Positions 45,917-51,987 of a stretch of DNA of 51,987 nucleotides are shown here, in pieces (the stretch's first letter is position 1; each line of letters starts with the position of its first letter). A program made the translations under genes and the position numbers. This stretch comes from Comamonadaceae bacterium. GTDB lineage: Bacteria > Pseudomonadota > Gammaproteobacteria > Burkholderiales > Burkholderiaceae_C. The stretch covers positions 1-51,987 of the forward strand of contig CANBTZ010000001.1 of assembly GCA_947372495.1 (NCBI GenBank), read 5' to 3'. The notes under the pieces were generated by a model that saw only the letters and a list, made by a program, of their open reading frames with translations, had not been told where the DNA came from and searched no databases.

Positions 45917-46737
45917 TGAACCGTTTGTTGTGTATCCGCCGCTTCAGCCCCATCGTTTTGGCCGGGCTGTTGGGCCTGGGCAGTTGGGCTGCGCATGGCC
46001 AGTCCATCGTGATGTCGTCCACCACATCGACCGAACAGTCGGGCTTGTTCAGTCACCTGATGCCGGCCTTCAAAAAAGCCAGCGGCACCGACGTCAAAGT
46101 GGTGGCCCTGGGCACCGGGCAGGCGCTGGACATGGCGCGCCGAGGTGACGCTGATGTGGTGTTCGTGCACGACCAGGCGGCCGAGGAGAAATTTGTGGCC
46201 GAAGGCTTTGGCCTCAAACGCTTGCCGGTCATGTACAACGACTTCGTGCTGATCGGCCCTAAGGCAGACCCTGCGGCGACCAAAGGCCGGGACATCGTGG
46301 CGGGCCTGACCCGGCTGGCCGCTGCCAACGCGGCATTTGTCTCGCGTGGTGACAAGAGCGGCACCCATGCGGCCGAGTTGCGTTTTTGGAAAATGGCCCA
46401 TCTGGACGCCGCCAAAGGCGCTGGTTACCGCGAGTGCGGTTGTGGCATGGGGCCTGCACTCAACATCGCGGCATCGCAAGGGGCCTATGTGCTGGCCGAT
46501 CGCGGCACTTGGCTGAACTTCAAGAACCGCGCCGATCTGGCCGTGCTGGTCGAAGGCGATCAACGCCTCTTCAACCAGTATGGCGTGATGGTGGTGAACC
46601 CCGCCAAGCACCCGCACGTCAAGCAGGCCGAGGCGCAAAAATTTGTGGACTGGGTGACTTCAACGGCCGGTCAGGCCAGCATTGCCGATTACAAAATCGG
46701 CGGTGAGCAGCTGTTCTTTCCGAACGCGAACAAATGA
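45913..46737 (+). CDS. tupA: Tungstate-binding periplasmic protein
   Basis: STTSTEQSGL, GTGQAL, MYNDF, FVSRGDKSGTH, GMGPALN, DRGTW, LFNQY. Confidence 0.9.
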   Translation: MMNRLLCIRRFSPIVLAGLLGLGSWAAHGQSIVMSSTTSTEQSGLFSHLMPAFKKASGTDVKVVALGTGQALDMARRGDADVVFVHDQAAEEKFVAEGFGLKRLPVMYNDFVLIGPKADPAATKGRDIVAGLTRLAAANAAFVSRGDKSGTHAAELRFWKMAHLDAAKGAGYRECGCGMGPALNIAASQGAYVLADRGTWLNFKNRADLAVLVEGDQRLFNQYGVMVVNPAKHPHVKQAEAQKFVDWVTSTAGQASIADYKIGGEQLFFPNANK

Positions 46738-46738
46738 C

Positions 46739-47836
46739 TCAGTGGGGTCGGCCGAGCTTGCGGTAGACCGTGGCCCGGCTGATGCCCAAGGCCCGGGCCG
46801 CTTCGGCCACATTGCCACGGGCCTGCTGCACGGCCTGGCGGATCATGTCGGTCTGAGCCGCCTTCAAGGGTTTGGCGCCCATGGTTGTCGGGCTGTGGGC
46901 CGTGTGCCCACCGGTGCGGATGGCCTGAATCTGCAAGCGCAGGCCTGACCACAGGGGAACCTCTTGCGGCACGGTGGTGTGGGCTGCGGCGTCAAAGAGG
47001 CTCTCCCAAGGCAGTGCAAAGACATCGCTTGCATGCAGCGGACCGGTGAGCGGGTGTTCCAGCGACAGCATCTGCCTGGCCGCTGGGTTGGCCCCCACCA
47101 TGTGTCCCTCGTGGTCCAGTGTGATCAAGCCGTCACTGTCGCCACCGAGCGGGTTGCCCGGCCAACTCAGACGCAAGACCAGGGCGTGGGCCGTGGCCAG
47201 CAGCCAGCTGTTTTCGATGCTGCGTGCCGAGCGCTGCACCAGGTGCCGCAGGGCCGGGCGCTCCTGGGTTTCGATGCCCGTGAGGTCCAGCATGCCCGCG
47301 CACAAGCCATCGGGCCCGAACAGCGGAGCGCCTGCGCAACTGTAGGCGCTGGTGTCCTGGAAAAAATGCTCGCCCCGGTGCAGCCACACGGGTTGCAACT
47401 CGCGCAGCGCGGCGCTGATGGAGGTGGTGCCCACAGAGCGCTCGGACAGGTCCACCCCCACGCGGGCGATGGCATCGGCGCGGCGGTCCTGCCGGTCCAC
47501 AGGGCCGTGAACGTCGACCACGATGCCCTCGGCATTGGTCAGGATGGCGAAATAACGGATGTCGGCGATGACCCGGGCCAGCTCGGTCAGCACGGGCTGG
47601 GCGGCTTGCACCAGAGGGCGGCTGGCTTCCTGCACACGCTGCATGTGCTGCGCGGTGACGGTGTCAAAGCCCACCGACTGATGCGGCTGCAGGCCCATGT
47701 CCAGGCAACGCTGCCAGGACTGGCTGACCCACATGGGCAAGCCCGGCGCCACGGCGTGGGTGTGCTCTTGAAGCACCATGGCTCGCGCACGCTCGATGCT
47801 GGGGATGCGGTCGGGGAAGGGGTCGTTCAAGGCCAT
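46739..47836 (-). CDS. AcoR-like GAF(-PAS)-Fis HTH regulator lacking the sigma54 AAA+ domain
   Basis: SWQRC, SERSVGTTSI, EHFF...CAGAPL GAF motifs; GNVAEAARALGISRATVYRKL; no GESGTGKE/GAFTGA. Confidence 0.82.
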   Translation of the reverse strand: MALNDPFPDRIPSIERARAMVLQEHTHAVAPGLPMWVSQSWQRCLDMGLQPHQSVGFDTVTAQHMQRVQEASRPLVQAAQPVLTELARVIADIRYFAILTNAEGIVVDVHGPVDRQDRRADAIARVGVDLSERSVGTTSISAALRELQPVWLHRGEHFFQDTSAYSCAGAPLFGPDGLCAGMLDLTGIETQERPALRHLVQRSARSIENSWLLATAHALVLRLSWPGNPLGGDSDGLITLDHEGHMVGANPAARQMLSLEHPLTGPLHASDVFALPWESLFDAAAHTTVPQEVPLWSGLRLQIQAIRTGGHTAHSPTTMGAKPLKAAQTDMIRQAVQQARGNVAEAARALGISRATVYRKLGRPH

Positions 47837-47984
47837 GAAGCGCAACAATGTCTCAGGCTGAGGATATTCGTTTTTTTCCCCAAGTCGTGCCGGGTTTATA
47901 CCCATGAGGATGGGCCATCTGGCCGCCCGTGGCAACAGGTGGAGGTCAATTCAGTCTGGTGCCGGTCCCATGTCCCCCCAGCGA

Positions 47985-48365
47985 TCACCGCCCCCAGAAC
48001 ATCGCCACGGTCTTGAGGCCCAGCACAGTGAGCGCCAGTGAGCCGAACAGGTGCACGCTGGCGGTGCCCAGGGCCAGGGTGTAACGGCCTTGTTGGAGCA
48101 GGGCCACGACTTCGGCAGAGAAGCTGGAGAAGGTGGTCAGCGCCCCCAAAAAGCCGGTGACCAGGGTGAGCCGCCACAGGGGGTCGAGTTCGGGCCACTG
48201 CTGGAACACGCCCACGCACACACCGATCAAATAGCCGCCAATCAGGTTGGCTGCCAGCGTGCCCCAGGGGATCAGGGCGCTGCTGTGGCTGAGCCACAGC
48301 CCGAGTTGCCAGCGGGCGAGGGCGCCAAGGCAAGCACCGAAACAGATGGCGAGGACAGCGTGCAT
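47985..48365 (-). CDS. crcB: Fluoride channel Fluc/CrcB
   Basis: GACLGALARW, PWGTLAANLIG, TGFLGALTTFSSFSAE. Confidence 0.95.
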   Translation of the reverse strand: MHAVLAICFGACLGALARWQLGLWLSHSSALIPWGTLAANLIGGYLIGVCVGVFQQWPELDPLWRLTLVTGFLGALTTFSSFSAEVVALLQQGRYTLALGTASVHLFGSLALTVLGLKTVAMFWGR

Positions 48366-48374
48366 GGTGGACTA

Positions 48375-48448
48375 TTGTAGGAGGGGTGACTTCTTCGCGG
48401 TGTCAGGGGGTGTCAGCGCTTATCGCCGCGAGGGCGCGGCTCCTACAA
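48375..48448. repeat. REP doublet (copy 3)
   Basis: TTGTAGGAG ... TATCGCCGCGAGGGCGCGGCTCCTACAA. Confidence 0.72.
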
Positions 48449-48452
48449 GGGT

Positions 48453-49430
48453 TCAGAACGGCGGGTCGTCAGCCGCTGGCGCATCGGCGCTGCTGGGCGT
48501 TGCCGGGCTGTCAGGCATCTGCGCACCCCATTCGTGTTCACCGCCCAGCGCCTCGATCAGGCTGTCCAGCAGGGGGCCGAGCAGCCCGGTGGCCAAAATG
48601 ACGTCCGAGTCGAAGCGGTCTTCTTTTTTGTCGGTGCCCGCTTCGTCCATCACGCCGTCGAGGAACTGCACTTTTTTCAGTTGCAGGGTTTCGGTCAGCA
48701 CAAAGCTCACGCGCCCGTCCCAGCTTACGGCCAGTTGGGTGGGCAGCTTGCCTTCGAGCACATGCTTGCGCACATCGTCGTTGGCCAGGTGGTGGCGTGT
48801 GAAGCGGATGCTGGCGGCGTCTTCGCCCGTGGCCTTGAGCACGCATTCGCGCTCCACGCTCAGGTCGGCTGGCCAGTCTTCGGGGGAAGGGGCCAGCAGC
48901 CATTCGGTCATGGCCGCCTGGGGTGTGGTGGCCGTCTGGATCAGGGCCACCGACAAGCCGGTGAAGGCTTTCATCAGGGCCGAAATGGCCTCGTCGGCCT
49001 TGCCCTGGCTGCCGCTGTCCAGCACCAGGCGGCGCTGGGGCAGATCGATCCACACGAGCACACTGGCCTGCCTTGGGAAGGCCTGAGGCAGCAAGGCCTG
49101 CAGGATGTCGTCTTGCAGGTCGCGTTTTTCTTTTTTGCCGGGTTTGCGGCCTGTGGCGGCCTCGATTTCGGTGATGCGCTCGTCCAGTTGGCGCCTGACC
49201 ACGTTCCCGGGCACAGCCTTGGACTCGATCATCAACTTGACCATCCATTGTCCACCGACCGATTCCACCAATGGGCCGTTGTCCTGACCGCGTGGCTCGA
49301 TCCAGCCGATCGACTTGTCTTGGCTTGCACCACATTCCACAAAGCGGGCCGGTTGCAGCGCCGCTTCCACCTCGGTGAGGCTGGGGTTCCAGCCTTCACC
49401 GATGCGGTAAACCATCACATTTTTGAACAT
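48453..49430 (-). CDS. rdgC: Recombination-associated protein RdgC
   Basis: MFKNVMVYRI, GWIEPRG, LLPQAF, GKLPTQLA..W..RVSFVL, FDSDVIL.TG. Confidence 0.93.
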   Translation of the reverse strand: MFKNVMVYRIGEGWNPSLTEVEAALQPARFVECGASQDKSIGWIEPRGQDNGPLVESVGGQWMVKLMIESKAVPGNVVRRQLDERITEIEAATGRKPGKKEKRDLQDDILQALLPQAFPRQASVLVWIDLPQRRLVLDSGSQGKADEAISALMKAFTGLSVALIQTATTPQAAMTEWLLAPSPEDWPADLSVERECVLKATGEDAASIRFTRHHLANDDVRKHVLEGKLPTQLAVSWDGRVSFVLTETLQLKKVQFLDGVMDEAGTDKKEDRFDSDVILATGLLGPLLDSLIEALGGEHEWGAQMPDSPATPSSADAPAADDPPF

Positions 49431-49489
49431 CTGTCACTCTTTCATGCCACCAGGGGCCAGCGCGGCATCTTACCGGAGTGAGGCAGCGT

Positions 49490-50800
49490 TTATTTGGCCA
49501 CGCCCATCAACATGTCGGGCACGATGGTCACGATGGACGGGAAGACCGTGATCAGGCCAATGCCCACGATCATGCAAGCGAAAAAGGGCAAGGTCACGCG
49601 GGCGATGCGGTTGCTGTCAATGCCGGTCATGTTTTGCAACACGAACAGGTTGAAGCCCACGGGCGGCGTGATTTCAGCGATCTCAACCAGCATGATGATG
49701 AAGATGCCGAACCAGACCAGGTCGAACCCGGCCTTCTGGATCATGGGCAGCACCACTGCGCTGGTCAGCACGATCATCGAGATGCCATCCAGCGCCGTGC
49801 CCAAAATCAAATACACCACCACCAGCACGCCAATCAGGCCAAAGGGCGAAAGATTCATGCTGTGCACAAACTCGGCCAGCTCGCGCGGAATGCCGGTAAA
49901 CGCCATGGTCTTGGTCAAGAAAGCCGCACCCGCCAGGATGAACATGATCATGCAGCTCACACGCGTGGCGCCCACCAGGCCTTGCCAGAAGTTCTCCCAG
50001 GTCAGGCTGCGGCCTGCGGCGGCAATGGCCAGCGAGCCCAACACGCCATAGGCCGCACATTCGGTGGCGGTGGCAATGCCGGCCACCAGCACCCAGACGA
50101 TGAACACGATCAGCAAAGAGCAAGGGATCAAACTGCCCGAGCGCCGCATTTTTTCCATGAAGGTGGTGGGTGCCTCTGCAGGGGGCACTTTGTCGGGGTT
50201 GCGCAGGCTCCACCAGATGATGTAACCCGAGAACAGCCCCATGAGCAAAAAGCCGGGCAAAAAGCCAGCGAGGAACAGTCGGATCACGCTGGCGTCGGCC
50301 GCCACGGCGTACACCACCATGGTGATGGACGGCGGAATCAAAATGCCCAAGCCGCCTGCAGCGGCCAAAGAGCCCAGCGCGATGTTGCGGTCGTAGCCGC
50401 GCTTTTCCAACTCGGGCAGGGCCACTTTGGCGATCGTGGCGCAGGTGGCGGCAGACGAGCCCGAGACAGAGCCGAAAATGCCACAACCCAAAATGGTGGT
50501 GTGCATCAAGCGGCCCGGCACCTTGGACAGCCAGGGCGAGAGGCCGTCGAACATCTGCTCGGACAGCTTGGTGCGGTACAAAATCTCGCCCATCCAGATG
50601 AACATGGGCAGGGCCGCAAGTTCCCAACTGGCCGAGGTTTCCCAGAAAGACGAAAACAGGTTCTTGCCGGGCAAGGTGTTGGTGAAAAACGCCTGACCGA
50701 CCCAGCCCACAATGGCCAGTGTCATGGCGATCCACACACCGCCGCTCAGCATCAGCAGCATCAAAAAGAGGAGCAGGCCTCCGATTTCAAGCAGGCCCAT
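49490..50800 (-). CDS. dctM: TRAP large permease DctM
   Basis: LAALPMFIWMGE, GSSAAT, GLGILIPPSI, TATECAA, ITPPVGFNLFV. Confidence 0.93.
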   Translation of the reverse strand: MGLLEIGGLLLFLMLLMLSGGVWIAMTLAIVGWVGQAFFTNTLPGKNLFSSFWETSASWELAALPMFIWMGEILYRTKLSEQMFDGLSPWLSKVPGRLMHTTILGCGIFGSVSGSSAATCATIAKVALPELEKRGYDRNIALGSLAAAGGLGILIPPSITMVVYAVAADASVIRLFLAGFLPGFLLMGLFSGYIIWWSLRNPDKVPPAEAPTTFMEKMRRSGSLIPCSLLIVFIVWVLVAGIATATECAAYGVLGSLAIAAAGRSLTWENFWQGLVGATRVSCMIMFILAGAAFLTKTMAFTGIPRELAEFVHSMNLSPFGLIGVLVVVYLILGTALDGISMIVLTSAVVLPMIQKAGFDLVWFGIFIIMLVEIAEITPPVGFNLFVLQNMTGIDSNRIARVTLPFFACMIVGIGLITVFPSIVTIVPDMLMGVAK

Positions 50801-51366
50801 CACATCTCCTCGGAAAAATCACCACGGGCATGCCGCTCTTCGACGCGTGCCACATAGCTGGGCTTGCCGCCTCGGAACACGCACACGCATTCGTCGAGCA
50901 CGGCGATCACCAAAATGGCCGAGCCGATCACAAAGCTCATTTGCGGAATCCAGATCGGGATCGCCACCATGTTGCCTGCGATGTCGTTGAACTCGTAGCT
51001 CTCCCAAGTGAAGCGTGCGGCCCAGTAGCCCAGGTAGCCAATGGCCACTGCGGCCACCGCCAGCGAGACCAGCTCCAGCCAGCGGCGCACGGGCGCAGAC
51101 ACCGATTCGAGCACCAGCGTCACCCGGACAAAGTCGCCATTGCGAAAGCTGTAAGCCATGCCCAAAAAGGCCGCAGCCGCGCACAGCCAGGCCACGATGT
51201 CGTTGACCCAGGAGACGCGCCACTCGAACACGCGCCCGACCGATGCGGCAATCATCAAGACCAAAATGGCCAGCACGCACAGGGCGGCGAGGTTGCCCCC
51301 CAAGAGGTACAAACCGTCCAAAAACCGCCTGCCTAAACTGGCGCTGGCTGTGCTGCTGGTGCTCAT
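50800..51366 (-). CDS. dctQ: TRAP small permease DctQ
   Basis: Four TM helices, FVRVTL, IPIWIPQ. Confidence 0.88.
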   Translation of the reverse strand: MSTSSTASASLGRRFLDGLYLLGGNLAALCVLAILVLMIAASVGRVFEWRVSWVNDIVAWLCAAAAFLGMAYSFRNGDFVRVTLVLESVSAPVRRWLELVSLAVAAVAIGYLGYWAARFTWESYEFNDIAGNMVAIPIWIPQMSFVIGSAILVIAVLDECVCVFRGGKPSYVARVEERHARGDFSEEM

Positions 51367-51372
51367 GGGGTT

Positions 51373-51987
51373 TTACTTGTGGTTGTAGGCGTCGACCAAG
51401 GCCTTGCCTTCGGCGCCAGATTTCTCCAGCCACTCCTTGAGCATGGTGTCACCGACTTTCTTCATGTCGGCCTTGAGTTGGGCGGACGGGGCTGTCACGG
51501 TCATGCCATTGGCCTTGAGGGTGGCGAGTGTCGTGTCGTTGACCTTGCGTGACTCGCTCCAGCCTCGGGTTTCTGCATCTGCTGCGGCTTTCATGAGCGC
51601 GTCTTGGGTGGCTTTGTCGAGCGCGTCAAAGGCCTTTTTGTTGGCGATCACCGCGTTCTTGGGCAACCAGGCTTGCACGTCGTAGTAGTACTTGAGGTGT
51701 TCGTAGAGCTTGCTGTCCACGCCTGTGGCACCCGACGTCATGGTCGACTCGACCACGCCCGTGGCCAAGGCCTGGGTGAACTCGGCCGCCTGCACCGTGA
51801 CGGGCTGTGCGCCCACCAGCTCGGCGATGCGGGCGGTCGACGGGCTGTACGAGCGCCACTTGATGCCCTTGAGGTCAGCCGCGCTGTTGATGGCTTTCTT
51901 GCTGTAGATGCCTTGGGGTGGCCAGGCCACCGAGTACAGCAGCACCATGCCTTGTTCGGCCAGCTTCTTCTCCATCACGGGCTTTTG
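51373..51987 (-). CDS. dctP: TRAP substrate-binding protein DctP (5' part outside the window)
   Basis: WPPQGIYSKK, DLKGIKWRSY, ALATGVVES, WLPKN; frame open to the window edge. Confidence 0.88.
   Translation of the reverse strand, partial: QKPVMEKKLAEQGMVLLYSVAWPPQGIYSKKAINSAADLKGIKWRSYSPSTARIAELVGAQPVTVQAAEFTQALATGVVESTMTSGATGVDSKLYEHLKYYYDVQAWLPKNAVIANKKAFDALDKATQDALMKAAADAETRGWSESRKVNDTTLATLKANGMTVTAPSAQLKADMKKVGDTMLKEWLEKSGAEGKALVDAYNHK

Noticed and set aside
48366-48452. Fluoride riboswitch upstream of crcB (GGCGAT and CTCCTAC are present on the minus strand)
   Set aside because: The GGCGAUGGNGUUCGCC stem and pseudoknot partner are absent. The sequence matches the REP copies at 31613 and 34201 instead.

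Overview
GC-rich betaproteobacterial chromosome segment. Gene content and protein style suggest Comamonadaceae, possibly Limnohabitans-like (inference). Most of it is housekeeping and transport genes: dcd, a DEAD-box helicase, guaC, uvrD, slyD, thrB, polA, xseB-ispA-dxs, rdgC, crcB, tupBCA, two TRAP systems, two Bug/TTT receptors and a TonB receptor. An accessory stretch lies between guaC and uvrD (about 14.96-23.92 kb). It holds a heavy-metal RND operon preceded by a probable leader/arrest-peptide ORF, a brnT pseudogene with intact brnA, a phd-parE/relE toxin-antitoxin pair, and a decaying integron cassette array with no intact integrase. The array has an attI-like site, three attC-like sites, a two-gene membrane cassette and a HEPN-motif cassette, both candidate anti-phage functions. 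The non-coding highlights are a guaC leader whose terminator starts exactly at the predicted transcription start (possible ATP/GTP start-site-switching attenuator), a similar structured leader before a Rieske oxygenase, three GTAG-type REP doublets, and several apparently leaderless genes. No rRNA, tRNA, CRISPR array or intact transposase was seen. All calls come from reading the sequence; no database searches were run.
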